From contig NC_043009.1 in NCBI RefSeq assembly GCF_006345805.1, positions 38,626,001 through 38,690,000 of the forward strand: 64,000 nucleotides of DNA. The letters run 5' to 3'. Both the position numbers and the translations under genes were made by a program. Below the pieces are notes generated by a model that was given only the letters and a program-made list of their open reading frames with translations, ran no database searches and was not told the origin of the DNA. Source of the DNA: Octopus sinensis (taxonomy: Eukaryota). Numbering within the stretch: position 1 is the first letter of the stretch; each line of letters starts with the position of its first letter. This document shows positions 1-15,471 of this stretch, piece after piece.

Positions 1-320
1 TATGTATGTATGTATGTATGTATGTGTGTGTGTTTGAGTGTGTATATATATATGTTTGTATGTCTGTCTGTGTGTGTTTGAGTGTGTATATGTATGTTTG
101 CATGTATGTATGTATGTGTGTGTTGAAGGGTGTATATGTATGTATGTATGTGTGCGTGTTTGAGTGTGTATATGTATGTGTGTATGTTTGAGTTTGTATA
201 TGTATGTACGTGCGTATGTTTGAGTGTGTAAATGTATGTATATGTGTGTTTGAGTGTGTATGTGTATGTATGTATGTATGTATGCATGCATGTATGTATG
301 TATGTATGTATGTATTTATA
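1..320. repeat. Compound (TATG)n/(TG)n microsatellite
   Basis: Visible degenerate TATG/TG runs; explains the MYVC-type ORFs. Confidence 0.95.
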
Positions 321-944
321 TGACTTGAGATGGATCTCTTCTGCGTTACGCTACAAGTGTTCAAATCCCAGATGCTTGTATTATAAAGTACGATTCTGGA
401 ATTCTACGACCAGAAGAAAAAGCGACATCCGGAAAGAAAGAAAAATATAAAAGCTGCGATAACATGAATGAATGTAGAAACCAAAGAGACGGAAACGTAG
501 GCGGGAGAATAAATATAAGATTGATTAAATATAATAGGGAAATATTATCCAAGATTTTACGGCTGTCATAACGTCAGTAACGTATATGGTGGAAAGTGGC
601 CGAATATATTTCATAAGAATTACAAGCGAGACAAATATACGAGAGGTAGTATATTAAATGCAAACTCCTTTGTGAACAGTCAATAAATTAGGAGAAGACC
701 TTCTGCGTATAATTGTGGTGTTTGGTTTGGAGCAGTGAATTCCTTGATCATCAATCAAACGCTTTTGGCTATAATCATCAGCATGTCACTCTATATTTAT
801 CTATGTCACCCATGGGAATAATAACATTGGAACAACCTTATCGGATTCTCAATGAATTAGGTAACACTCTGGTGAGAGTATCTATACATATATACGGTCA
901 GATTTTGGCCAGAATCTAATATGTGTGCGTTATAAGCTTTTGTA

Positions 945-1030
945 TATACACACACACACACACATATATATACACGTAGATAGAGGGATAGATAAATAGA
1001 TAGAGGGATAGATAAATAGATAGATAGATT

Positions 1031-1064
<34 letters not shown>

Positions 1065-1110
1065 CAGATGGAGAGAGAGGGAGAGAGAAAGAGAGAGATG
1101 CATACATATA
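945..1110. repeat. Compound (CA)n/(GATA)n/(GA)n microsatellite
   Basis: Direct reading. Confidence 0.9.
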
Positions 1111-2299
1111 ATTATGTGCATGTATGAACGTATGTATGTATATGAAAGCATGTTTATATGTTTCTCTCACATTATCATTCCATTTCTATCTCACTTTATT
1201 TCTCTCTCTCACTCTCTGTCTGTCTGTCTCTCTGTCTTTCTCTCTCTTGTACTTTATCAGTAATTCACTTATATGACTTCTCAATCTTTCATGCATTTAT
1301 ATTTTATATTTTTGTTACTGTATCAATTTTATGCATTCGTTAATTCTCGGTCGTTTATTCACTTATTCTTTTATTCCTATGCTTTAGTTTTCTCTCAGTA
1401 GCCATCTTTCATGTATTTTATTATTCTTCCTTCTCCGTTTTACCTCTTATACTTCTTATACTTAAACCCGTCATATATGCCCGACTCCTCTAATTTCCTT
1501 TTTCTCTCTGTTATTCCCTATTTATGTCTCCATATTTCTCTGTTCTTAAATTTCTAGCAAACAACGTCTCTCCTCTTAATTTCTCTTCTCATCTCCCTTT
1601 TCAATAAACTTTGCTCTCTTTCATTACTATTAGCTCTTAATTTAATAGAATTACTAACTTCGGTTTACAAATAGTCTCTAACTGGATTGGAAATGTTATT
1701 AACAAAGCTGTTCTAAAACTCTTCATCCAATGATGTGCATCTTTCTATCTAGTGCTCAGATCTGTGTAACAGTTCCTCTTTATTGCATTAAACCTAAATA
1801 TTTAACACATTAGCAAACTTGTTAGATAATAAAATTCTTTCTGAAATCCTTTGTGTCTCAGTAATATCGTTAACAATGTTGCCAGCACAAGTCGACAGCT
1901 AGATTATCTTTAAAATTATCATTCACTTGCCACCATTACCGAAGCTGTAAAAGGCTTCGCTACTAAATATCTTAGAGAAATTAAAAGAAGAATTAATAAA
2001 ATTTGATAATTATGTTGGCTTTAAAGTTTATGGGTATTCAATTACACTAAGTAGCAGTACCTATTCGAACCAGTCTTAGAACAAACGGTAAAGCTGGAAT
2101 TAAAGAGAACCAAATAGCATGTAGAATGGTAGTACACAGAGTGAGTTTCGATACATGTATGGAAGTCGGAATATTCTTTCTTCCCATAATAAACTGATCT
2201 TGTTTTTTTTATAATCATTTGACAAAGCATATCTGTCTGTTTGTCCTTCTGTCTTTCTGTCTGTCTGTCTGCCTGTATGTATCTATTTATGTATGTGCA

Positions 2300-2327
2300 T
2301 ATACATACATATATATATATATATGTA

Positions 2328-2415
<88 letters not shown>

Positions 2416-2647
2416 ATATATATATAATATATGTATGTATATATATATATATATATGTGTATATATATATTATATGTATGTGTGTCTAAATGAATGGTAT
2501 GCATATATGCATGTATTACATATGAGTGTTTGTCTATACGTGTTGTGTGGGGTGTAAGAATAGAGTAATTCTTGAGCTTAATGCTAATGTTTTTTTATCT
2601 ATAACTTAAACGCCCATAACATTAGGGAAATATTATATATATATACA

Positions 2648-2683
<36 letters not shown>

Positions 2684-2707
2684 TATATATACATACATAC
2701 ATACATA

Positions 2708-2765
<58 letters not shown>

Positions 2766-3094
2766 TATATACATATGATGAAACTTTGCTTCATCATGAC
2801 TAATGATTTCCCCATTTTTCGATGTTCACACAATAAATTGCATTTACTAATTGATTAGCATATCATTGTGTCTATATATTCACGATTTGCATAAAACATT
2901 GTGACCGTTGGGACGATCGTTGCGGGTCATGCGTAACGCGTATTGTCCGTGGTTACGAAACGAAACAAAAGTAGAATGGCGTGATGAAAAAAAAAATGGC
3001 ATTGTCAATATGACTATATTCTCTTGCTTATAAGTATACAAGAACAGAATATATATATATATATAATATATATATATAGCATATATATATATAT

Positions 3095-3171
<77 letters not shown>

Positions 3172-3184
3172 CTATATATATATT

Positions 3185-3241
<57 letters not shown>

Positions 3242-3257
3242 TATATTATATATATAT

Positions 3258-3297
<40 letters not shown>

Positions 3298-3298
3298 G

Positions 3299-3349
<51 letters not shown>

Positions 3350-3365
3350 CTATTATATATATATA
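2300..3365. repeat. Cluster of (TA)n and (TACA)n low-complexity tracts
   Basis: TA-rich runs at ~2300-2470, 2635-2775 and 3045-3365. Confidence 0.9.
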
Positions 3366-4628
3366 ATTTTGTTGATACATTTATGCAAAAATGGGTGGGG
3401 GTTGGAGGACTATAAAAGATAGAAATGGATGAGTCAGATCCTGGTTTATAGTTTTGTACGTATAAATTTGAATTATTTATTGCATGAATGCTGCCTTCTT
3501 TTCATTCAATCAGCTGATTTTGAAAGTTTATATGTAATGTAATTAAAATCAACGTTATTATATAAGTGGTTCGTATTGTCTGAATTCTCAGTCACAATCA
3601 GATTTGTATAAAAATATATTTGTGGTACGTAGAACTAAATTTAACGAAGCATGTAATTTGGTTTTCTGTTTTGTTATGGATAGAAAACAAAAATTCTGTA
3701 CACTTGTCCGGTGTAAGGAGAGGGAAGCCTAAAATTTTAGGCAAGCGGCATGTATGAGGCACTTGGCCACAAAGAACAGAACTTTCACTTCCAATCTGTT
3801 ACACTAAGCTGTTAACGATACATCTCTCTGGTGTGAAACATCTCCGTCGTATGGTGAAATGAGATGGTAAAAAGTGTGAGTGTGAGTGTAAGAGAAAAGG
3901 GATAGAAAGGAAGTGAGATGTAGAGAGAGGGGCGAGAGAGGGAGGGAGAAAGAGAGAGAAAGAAAGGGAGTGAGAGGAAGTGTTTACGACGAACAACAAA
4001 CCTGAAGCTAATACGGAAAGAATGAGGACTGTTAATGCAGAAATGCAGAATGAATAAACAGACTTGTAGAGAATGCATGTGCGAAGCGAATAGACAATAT
4101 TTCCTGGAAATTAATCAAAGGGCTATAAATGAATTAACAGGATATTATTACCGAGTGGGGACCTCATTTATGGCTAACACTTTACCACAAAAGGCTCCGT
4201 AGAATATCCTTGGGTACCGCAGGTTATTATGATTATGGTCAGGTTTGAACCATTTTCACCATATTATATTAACTTCATGGTGACAAAAGCTCAAATAATT
4301 TCCGTTGAGACACAAACTATGTGCATGGAAGTCAGCATCACTATCTATCGTTTTGTTATTTCGTCATCTATTATGTTATTATTGACTTGTAGGACCTGTT
4401 GGATTGCTGTTAACCGCCATCTCAAATCAGATCGATTTGCTTAGATGTGTCTTTATCATGTCATTTTTAACTAGTCATAATTGCACAGTCCAGTAGTGAA
4501 GTCAGCTTTCATTCGCGAGTAATTAAGGCGTGGTTACATGTTCATGTGGTCGGAAGCAGATTTAGACAATCTTTTGTCTCTCCCTCACTTGACCTGGCGG
4601 CATATCCAGGATTTGAAAGCTGGAGAGA

Positions 4629-4661
<33 letters not shown>

Positions 4662-5428
4662 AGAATAAAAGAGAGATGGAGATAGGGAGAGAAAGTGCAT
4701 TAGCAACGGGTTGGTATTCATTTACAGCCAAGTAGGCAAGAGTATCTTCAAATGAAATATTTTGACCGAGCACGCAACGTGTCCCAAGAATTTGAAACCA
4801 AGAATTTGACCCAAGAATTTGAAACCATGATCGTGTGTTAACCATCTTAATTACTAGGCCATGCGTCTCTACAAGTCAATTATCTGAAGCGATAAACAGA
4901 TATATTAGGTGAAAACCTGTTTTATTTAACACTCATACAGGATTCAACTCTTAGCCGATGAATAAACATTCTTACTCATTTGATCCAAAAATCTGTCAAG
5001 GCTTCACTTGAGGTCAATAATAATGCTGATGCGGTCAAGGGAGAGAATCCCCTGTGAATGACCTTAGAGAAAATCATTGTTATATGTGGAGTAGATTGGG
5101 GTTCAGAACGAAAGGGAAACAAACAATCTATTAATATACAATCATTGTACCGATGGGATCTACATTAATAGCGTAATATAAATTGTATTAAGAACAAGTA
5201 GTGTTTTAATTAGGCTTTTAATTATGTTGAATGGATAATTTGAGAGATTTAGTTGGTTCTTCTAATAATTGATTTATATTGTATTGACTAGCCTGATGGT
5301 TCGAAAGTAATAAACGGAATGGTTCACCACGATGATAACCTAATCGACTTTCTAGGCTGGGATTAATAATTTTATTGAAAACTTCAGACAACACATCGCC
5401 GCCCAACACAGCACAAACATATAGGCAC

Positions 5429-5652
5429 TATGTATGTATGTATGTATGTATGTATGTATGTATGTATGTATGTATGTATGTATGTATGTATGTATGTATG
5501 TATGTATGTATGTATGTATTATGCATGTTTATATGTACGTATTTATTTATACCGCTGCGCATATATATATGTATGCGTGCGCAGTTCATATGTGTGTTTG
5601 TATCTTTCACCATTTCAGTTCTTACAATTTCTGATGATAAGGAAGCCATCTG

Positions 5653-5689
<37 letters not shown>

Positions 5690-6230
5690 CACACAATTAT
5701 ATAATACACTTATATATAATTATGTTTATATATATTTACATACAATTTCAGGCATAATTGTGTGTGTATATATAGATGTATGTATGTATGTATGTATGTA
5801 TGTATGTATGTATGTATGTATGCATGTATGTATGTATGTATGTATGTATGTATTAATGTATGTATGTATGTATGTATGCATGTATGTATGTATGTATGTA
5901 TGTATGTATGTATGTATGTATGTATGTATGTATGTATGTATGTATGCATGTATGTATGTATGTATGTATGTATGTATGTATGCATGCATGTATGTATGTA
6001 TGTATGTATGCATGCATATATGTATGTATGTATGTATGTATGTTTATCTGTCTTTCCGTGTCTCCCATCATATATAGCTATTTTCCTCTATATATAATAT
6101 GCATAGGCATGTGTATGTATTAGCGTGAGTATGTATGCATGTATGTATGTATGTATGTATGTATGTATGTATGTATGTATGTATGTATGTATGCATGCAT
6201 GTATGTACGTACGTATGTATGTATGTAAGG
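5429..6230. repeat. Long compound (TATG)n microsatellite with a (TC)n insert
   Basis: TATG arrays at 5429-5518, 5777-6045 and 6130-6228. Confidence 0.95.
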
Positions 6231-7439
6231 TTCTATTAAATTACACACAAAATTCTCAGACATGTATATACCGATAAATCATTGGACTTAATTCCTTTTT
6301 CCCTCAATTAATCTCACTTACTTTCTGACGCACACAAGTAGAAATAGTCACAATGAGAGAGAGTGAAAGAGAGAGAAAGAGAAAGCGAGATCGAGAGAGA
6401 AAAAGCGAGCGATAAGAGAGTGAGAGAGAGAGAGAGAGAGAGTGAGTTCTATACACTCATACACACATGCATGTGCAGAGATGAAGTTATTTGGACAACT
6501 AGTTTAATCGCAAAAGTTTTGAACTTATAGAGTGATTTATACAAAGTTTAAAAAAATTACTGGTAGACTTAGAAAATATATTATTGTCCAGGAAAAATAT
6601 TGTAATACTTTAAGCCTTTTAATCTTCTCTCTAGAATAAAAAAAATCAACAACAACCATTACTATAACATCCACCATTAAAACCACCATAACTACCACCA
6701 CCACCATTACCATAAACACTACAACTGCCACTACCGCCACCACCTTCACCACTACAGTAATGACAATAGTAACTAAAAACCGACCAACAAATAAGTATAC
6801 AGATAAATAAACAGACGTCAGCCCTTTATGTATGTGAATAATAATAATTGTTCAGAATGTTTTAAGATCATTTCTTGTCGTTATTTTAACTTTCACTTTC
6901 TCTTTCGTTTTCGTGCTTTTATATAACCTCACATTGATCCCGCCAAAACATTAAATGTCCTTTCCACTTGATGGCGCCTGCACTGGAAAATATGCAATAT
7001 TTAGCGTGTCTAAAGGTTTAACTCTGATAATATAATTAATATCTTCAATTCATACAACGCTCATAACTACTTTAATATAAACTTTGCTATATTTCATTAT
7101 ATTTATGTACGTACTGTCTACTCGTCTCCCTACCCTTGTATGTTATCGTTCTTCGTTAGACTCATATTTCTGCTTTTCTCCATCTACTCTATTGTAAACT
7201 TCTAACATTCCAATTGAAGATGGAACCTACACGATGTATTATAATACTAAATACTAATATTGAATATAATAGGACTCTCAAATGATGGAAACTTCCTTTT
7301 TTGCTTATATATATATATATTTTTTTTTTTTCGGCCAACTTTTTAATAAAATTCTGTTTTATTCCACGCTTGCTTACAATAACCAATATTACACATTTTT
7401 ATTATGTTCTGTATGAAATTAAAACAATATATATCTGTT

Positions 7440-7510
7440 TGTGTACGGGGTGTGTTTGTTTGTATGTGTTTATATGAGGAACGAGTGCGCGTGTGAATAT
7501 GTTCGTATCA

Positions 7511-7545
<35 letters not shown>

Positions 7546-7555
7546 TGTGTGTGTG

Positions 7556-7598
<43 letters not shown>

Positions 7599-8007
7599 TA
7601 GAATCTTTAAGATATACGTACACATGACGCAAATGCATTCGCTTATTATACCATATATGCTTTTGTATATGGATATGCAGTATGTAATATATAGATATAT
7701 ATATATATACATTATATATGTAGCTTATATATATATTATATATATATATATATATATGCATAAATATATATATATATTATATATTATACATAAATATATA
7801 ATGTATATATGTACATAAATATACAATATTATATACATATATATATATTATATATATATTATATTTTTTAATATATATGTATATGAATATATATTTTTGC
7901 ATGTAAGGATGAATATAAATGTTTTGTATGCTAATATATTTATATATATATATATAATTTTATATATACATATATGTACATATATGTATCGTGTGTGCGC
8001 GTATGTA

Positions 8008-8039
<32 letters not shown>

Positions 8040-8670
8040 CATATTATATATAACATATATATATATATATATATATGCATATGTGAGAGTAGTATCTGTA
8101 TTTAAGTCATGAATATTAATTTTTTTACGTATATGTATATATGTGTGTAAACATATGTATATACGTATATATGTTATATGTGTTTTTGTCAATTAGTGTA
8201 TTTGTGTATTCCTATCGTGGGTATTGTCGAACAATTTATTGGCATCAGTAACCTTGCTGTGTTAGAGCGTTGAACAATCATCGTTATTTCTTTTTTTAAA
8301 ACAAAAGGCAAAACAAAACACTGTACACGGGATATTAATGAAAAACCGACATGTTTTATTAAATATCACACTTGGATAAACAATGTACTCAACGATGATT
8401 TCAACATAACGCTTTGAGTATCGAAGAACTTTATCGGAATATTTAGTATGGTATTTGAATTTAAGGAATACAATTTCCTAATATAGATACATCTATAAGC
8501 GTTGGAGACATGCTTAACTACTCACACATACATACACAGAGACTTACGCACATGAAATTACCGATTCGACTAAAACAAGTGTGATATATGTACAAGTTGA
8601 GTCTGTAATGATAGATGCTGTAGTAATTTCTTATTAGTATTTTGTGTTGATTCTGTGAAGTGGCGTGTGT

Positions 8671-8708
<38 letters not shown>

Positions 8709-9310
8709 TGCGTGTGCGTGTGTGTATGGGTGGGTGTGTGTGTGTGTGTTGGGTTGGATGTGAAGCTTAATGAAATATATCTTACGAAACTTTTATGCCG
8801 AGAAATGTCGAAGGAAGGGAGATCAATAGAAGGTATCTTTTACAAGCATAAATATATACACCCACATATGTGTATGCATGTGTAAGTGCGATACACACAC
8901 ACACACTCACTCACTCACACACATGTATATATGTATATACGATATATAAACATATATACAGATAAACATATACATACATAACACACACGCACACACATAT
9001 TGTACATAAAGCGTTTATTGGGACTAGCCAGTATAATATGTGATATCGCATTCGTATATGTATGTGTATGTATGTATGTGTGTATGTAAGTGTGTATGTA
9101 TGTATATATATATATGTATATATATATACATACACACATACACTCTCTCTCTCAACACACACACACATATATATATATATGTAAAGATAGATAGATAGAT
9201 GGATGGATAGATATATAGACAGATAGATGGATGGATGGATTGATACATAATACATACATACATATACATACATATATACACGCACATACTTATACACACG
9301 CATATAACCT
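7440..9310. repeat. TG/TA/CA/GATA low-complexity tracts with short unique spacers
   Basis: Direct reading. Confidence 0.8.
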
Positions 9311-9600
9311 TTATTGATAGAGTATATAGTATCATATTCAGTAGAGTATAGAGTATCATATTTGTTTGAAGCAAGTGCAAACACACTTTGTGTAACAAAC
9401 ACGATAACTTTAATTACTTCGCAAGATTGTTCTCGTATCCATACAACTTTACTGAACAATACTTAACAAAGTTAAATAAAGGCTAGATCGATTATTCATA
9501 ATTAAAACAATAAAAATAAACTGAAGTAGGTCGACGCTACGACTGGTGTAATTCCTTTAAGTGAACATTAGACATCTGTGATGAAACATGAGTAGGAATA

Positions 9601-10167
9601 TTGAGATGCCCGGAAAGTTCATGCCGATTTATAGTAGTTTACCTTTCGACTTATTTTAGAATATGTTTGAGTCCATAAAATAGGATTTGGTTATACCTCG
9701 ATTTAGAGCACAGTTAAAGCTATCTTTTCGTGGAAGAAGGTTTATGTTCCTATAATCTGTGTTAATTCTGTAACCCTTTAAAATGGAAGATAGGAAAGTT
9801 CCTTTTCGGCACTTGATGCTTTGGGAACCAGACAAAAATTGATGCAGCTCGGCTGGGATATGTTACTCCACACCTTCATATTCACCAGATATTGCTCCTT
9901 CGGATTTCCACTTATTCAGGTCTCTACAGACTAGTCTTAATGGTAAAAATTTCAATTCGTTGGATGATGTAAAAAGATACGTTGATGAATCTTTTGCCAT
10001 GAAACCGCCTCAATTCTGGGAAGAGGATATTTTCATGTTAAGGGAAAGATGGAGACGCATTGTGCAAGAAAATGTTTCATATTTGGTTGATGAAAAATGT
10101 AATGGCAAGTATTTATTGACCTTTTTCTTTTCTTTAAAAATCGGCACGAACTTTCCGGACAACCCAC
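9601..10167 (+). mobile_element. Internally deleted mariner DNA transposon
   Basis: 30-bp TIRs (ttgagatgcccggaaagttcatgccgattt vs reverse complement gtgggttgtccggaaagttcgtgccgattt, 25/30 match), TA on both flanks. N-terminus MEDRKVPFRHLMLW is joined to a C-terminal QKLMQLGWD...YSPDIAPSDFHLFRSLQ (mariner YSPDLAPSD motif). Confidence 0.92.
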
Positions 10168-13100
10168 TACTTTAGAAAGTTGCACTTGTATGGTGCATTA
10201 CTGCATTCGTATGCCACATTATTGTAATTTGATGCTTGATTTTATTTCCTCAGTTGTTGTTAGTCAATTAGTTATCAATATTTTTTTCTCATTTAATATA
10301 ATGAAGCTTCTAATTATATATGTTGCGTGTATGCGTTAATTTAGGCTTTGATTGTTGAAAATTTATCCAATACTTGAAGTGCAGACATATTCGCGCCAGA
10401 ACAAACAACCACTGCTTGTTATATGAGCAGATTTCAAATAAGAGCTATGCACATAATTTACTAATTGTTGCCTTAGACGGACGGTTCGGGATGTTCTATC
10501 CGTACAGTTTTACTTTTGATCGCCGTATCTTCAAAGAAGTCATTTTGCAATGTCTACAACCAAAATAGCCGTTAAGAAGTTTGATTTCCCCCAAGTATCT
10601 AATTAACTCACTAATGAGTAGAACTTTATATTTAATTAATTTATTCCCAGTTGGTTTAAAGAAAACTAATTTAGCAATTTGGTTGCAAAATAAAATTTCG
10701 ATTTTTCTTCTTTACAAAACAACATATTATTATAGTAATAAAATAGATGGCGCTGATTATCGACAATTAGTGGTTCGCATTTATCAACATCGAATACACT
10801 GTGCTTAAAGGACATTAACGATTTTCATAATATTTGGACAGCAAAATAAATTGTAGTGATTTTGCCAGGTTATTTTGCAGTCGTAACCCACCAACTCTGT
10901 CAGCGTTTGGAACTATAAGTTAAAACTGAAAATAGTTTCAGTTATACCTCTCAATCTTCATTAGAAGCCTTGCTATTACACAAACAACTAATAACGTTAG
11001 CCAGTAGTCATTATTAATCGATAAGATATTTTGATATCTAACAAAATTAGCAGAAATTCAAATAGTTAATGAACATTATCCTGGAGATAATTGATGTATC
11101 TACACATTTAATTACAAGCGTCAATTTTCATTAATTTTCATTAATTTTCATTAATTTGTTTTTCGTCTATTAGAGTTCAGGTTGCAACACTATGTCTCCT
11201 TCAGTACGGATTGCCAAAAAGAAAAACACAATTATTGAGACACCACATATTTCTAATCTTAAAATTATGCACTTTTGTCTCACCATAGATTATTTGTCTA
11301 GCTTGTAAGTAAAATCAATACTTTTAGTTTCTCCATTCATTTTAAATGAAATTTTTGAAATAGATTCCTTTATATATTTTAACGTTATATATTTTAATGG
11401 CTTCACATTTGCACACTATGTTTTATCAGACGTTACACAAACACACATACACACTCATGCCAACACAACACACATATACACACACAACCTGCTTCTATAC
11501 ACATATGTGTATTTCAAACTGAAAGCTAGAAAATTTCAACGAGAGATACATTTGTCTAGGATTGTAAACGAACACAAATCTTCACAAATAAAAGACTGTG
11601 AGAAATCCTAATACTATAAATCTCCATGGACACATTTGGTTTGCGGTCTCAGAGCAGTATTCAACTTTTTGTCTATATTGACTATTTGGTTTTGGATGGC
11701 AAGAAAAGAAGCCCCTATATTTTTGGCTTTGATTTTTGTGATTGGTCTTTATCTTTATGCGAAGGTAGTAGTGAAATTTCTAGCAGATCCTCCACTGGGG
11801 ATTCAGTGTTTCCCATGTAATCTCTTCAGGAAAGACAACCTCTACCATGTTCCAAAGATTCCCAGAAAACACACACACACACACATACACACACATGCGC
11901 GCGCATATATATCTTTGTTTCAGGATAATTAAGCTATAGACGTAAATAAATAATTAACCGATGACCAAGGAAGGTTTGAACAACATTGCACTGTTTGTTC
12001 TCTATTTTCGCTGTCGTTTGTAGATTCTGCGAAATTAAGTGGATGAAAAATATCTCACCAACCTATTGTAGGTAGATGTTACAGACGAAGAAACTGAAAC
12101 ACTGTTACAGAAGCCAGCAGATCACTCATTAATTTCACAGTTTGTCCACTGCTTAAAGCTGTAATCTAGAGCACCCTAAAGTGATTACTTAAGAGTTAGT
12201 AATTTAACATCGGTGTAGCAAAATGAAACGCTGTACCGATAAGACATGATCCGACGACCTTCCGACTTGCACTACTGAACTGGCAATCCATGTTCCTTTA
12301 TCTAAGAATGTAATTTCATTTTTTTTTTCATTTTACATAAGGGAAGTGTAGTAGGTTTTCGCCATCGTCTTCTCATGTGATTCCCAATACAAAAATATTC
12401 TTACGAAAAATCGTTATCTGTTATATAATTACTACTATGTTGTACAGTTTGTTCCTTCTGCGCCTTCTTGAAGTAGTTGTTTGTGTGTTTGTTCGTGCGT
12501 TTTTCAAGTCGCAAACAAAACTGTATCCATTTAAACATGCTCATATCCTTATCGTCTTTTGAAACGTATGCCTGTGATAATACAGACGTGTGTATAAGAA
12601 CGTATTAAAAACAATTGCAAAGTTTTGTGCACTGTCGCATAAGATAATTTCTGACTCATGATTCCTGGCTCTTGGAGGGATTAGAATAAAGATGGAGATT
12701 AAAATTCTATGGAAAGAAGAAAAACAAAAATATAAACATAAATAAAGTTATGAGATTGAAACTTAAACTTGCTCCGAATCGCCTATTGTAATAATAACGA
12801 GAAAAAAAACACACACAAAGAAACGGAAATCTAAAAGTACCATAAAAAAATATCAAAATTTTGTTGAGGAAAATGTCAAATTGTATTTTATGAGAATTTT
12901 TGGGTGAAAATACTTTTTAGTAAAAGTTGGAAATGAAAATATATATTAAAATAAAAAAAAATACATATTGATGTTATTTATATGACTTGAGAATAAATCA
13001 AAGGAAACTAAAATAGATGAAAAAAAAGGAAGGGACAGATCCAAGAAACTATGAATTCAAAATTTCATATAGATACATAGATTTTGATATGCATGTGTGG

Positions 13101-13182
13101 TTATGAAATCTATTTTAAAAATCACCCTTGATATACGTATGTACGTATGCATGCATATATATATATATATACATATATATAC

Positions 13183-13229
<47 letters not shown>

Positions 13230-14010
13230 TCTGAACAAAAGAACATGTTGTAGAAGTATCGCTATACACGGTGTGTAACTGCAAAATCAATAACACGAAC
13301 TTTTGTAATTTACATGCTATAATTATATTCCCTTGTCTCTGAAAGTGTCTCAGCCTTGCAAACTTTGCGCTGATAAAGATCTGTACATCAGAAGTAATTT
13401 TTAGCGGCAAAATAATCTGCATTAATATACTTCATAACCTCAGTGAATTATATACACATTCTTAGTACACACTCTCAATAATGCATCTACGTATTTGGTA
13501 CGCAATTTCTTGTGGAATTTGTTTGTGCTTGAAATAGCTGTTTTTATTTTTATATTTCAAGAACATATACATCTTACCTTATTAAAATTGAGCGAATTGT
13601 TTTTATTTCTTTAAATGCCTGGAGAGATTCGTCTATTTGAATATTTCAAGATAACTACTATTGATTTCTTCTCTACCATTCCTCTTTTGCTCTATTTTCT
13701 TGTACCATTTCAAAAATGGAATTATGAAAACTTTTTTATGTGAATTAATAATTAAAATTGGCGTTTAAAAAAAATATTTTTTCCAATTCATAGAAATTTA
13801 CTTATGAAGAAGATACTGTGCGTATTCAGAGAGATATCAAAGTATTGTATTGTTTCTTCCACTCGCATGTTTCCTACTCAGTATGTGTAAATAATGGTTT
13901 CCATCTGGCATATAGAAAACAAAAACAAAGCATGTACAGATTGTATTCTCCAAAGGTATAGCTATAACCATTTCCCCCGAAGTAATTAATTATGAAATAC
14001 ATAATACAAC

Positions 14011-14044
<34 letters not shown>

Positions 14045-14822
14045 ACAATAATAATAATAATATTAACAACAACAGCAACAACAACAAAGGTAAAAATGAA
14101 TCAACAGAAGACAATGTTTTGATATAATCAAACGTTGAAGTATTTCAGACTTGCAATATTTATTGAAGTTCTCAGTGTGTGCGATTCATTAAAGAACTTT
14201 TAGAAATATTAAGAACAAATAATTAACTATTGTGAAAATTTCCAGTCGAATAGCTTTTTTGCTAATTTCAACTATAGATAACAGTGATTTATACGTAGAA
14301 ATTTCTACACTGTTTTGTTAAATTTAATAGCAGCATTAACAGCGGCAACCCAACCGCCACACTGTGATCATTATAACGAGTAAATATGCAATCTACAGAA
14401 AGTGCAGTTTGAGGGCATTAATTCCATATAAGATAATTATTCAGCCTAGAGATAATGAGTCACAATTATATTGAAATCACAATGATTCGGTTGTGAAATA
14501 CATATGATCTCGCTTTAAGTATATAATCCTGAAATTATTTGTAAGCAAAGAGTAATGTAAATCTTTTTTTTTTTTTATATAGAATAAGTAATCCGTATGC
14601 TCGTTAGTGTGTGAGTTAATTTAAGTATGGCTTAGTTAAAATTCATACCTAATCTAAGTATGAGGTAGTAAAGATTTATACCTAATGTAGAAGTGAGTAA
14701 AAATCGATATTGAATTTATATGTGGTGTAGTAAAATTCATATATAAATATGAATACGTTAAGTATGAGATTTTAAAAACAGCAATCAGTGGGGTGAAGAT
14801 AGTAGGGGACAAGTAAACAAGT

Positions 14823-14957
14823 GAATATTAACCAATCTTTCCTTTTAAATTTCATTTTAGTTATTATAAGACGAAGACAAGAAATATTTTGGTCAAAAAC
14901 GAAATTTAGGCGTTAATAACTAAAATGAAATTTAAAAGGAAAGATTGGTTAATATTC
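14823..14957. repeat. Perfect 44-bp inverted repeat with 47-nt spacer
   Basis: Arm 14823-14866 is the exact reverse complement of 14914-14957. Confidence 0.9.
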
Positions 14958-15471
14958 TATTGAGTATCTTCTGATGTGATAACATGAGAAAGTATTTATT
15001 AAAGAGAATACGAATTTCTTATTTTCCGAAAATACGTGGGTCAGAAAAATGATAGAAGAGTCTCAACTAACAGTTGAAAGAAGATGACCACCAAATATGT
15101 TGATAAAACGAACTCATAGTGGGTGTAGGTATAGAATGCAAAATTCTATTGGTTATTCTAGTAGTAGTAAAGTAAACGGTAACAGAGTTAATGCGGCAAT
15201 GACGTTAACACTCATTAATTCTGACTGTATCAATATACAAGTATAAGCATTGTTTGGACAATGCTTAAATCAAACAAACGGAGGCAAGGGCGATAACTTA
15301 GAATATAAATACTTTATTGAGCTGGGATGGAGTACAAAAGTCTCATTTAATTCCTACTAATTAAAATTTAAAATTGGGGATGTGGTAGGAGGAAGGCTAG
15401 TCTGATCTTAGGCAGTGTCTACATATCGACATGTAATTGGGATGTAGGAACGATTTTGACAGGAGACGTTT

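Noticed and set aside
325-572. Stop-free frame DGSLLRYATSVQIPDAC...
   Set aside because: No start or splice support and no recognisable motif.
11636-11880. Hydrophobic 98-aa ORF resembling a small membrane protein
   Set aside because: No recognisable family or splice support; it ends in a CA repeat and may be antisense to a decayed retroelement. Needs BLASTX.
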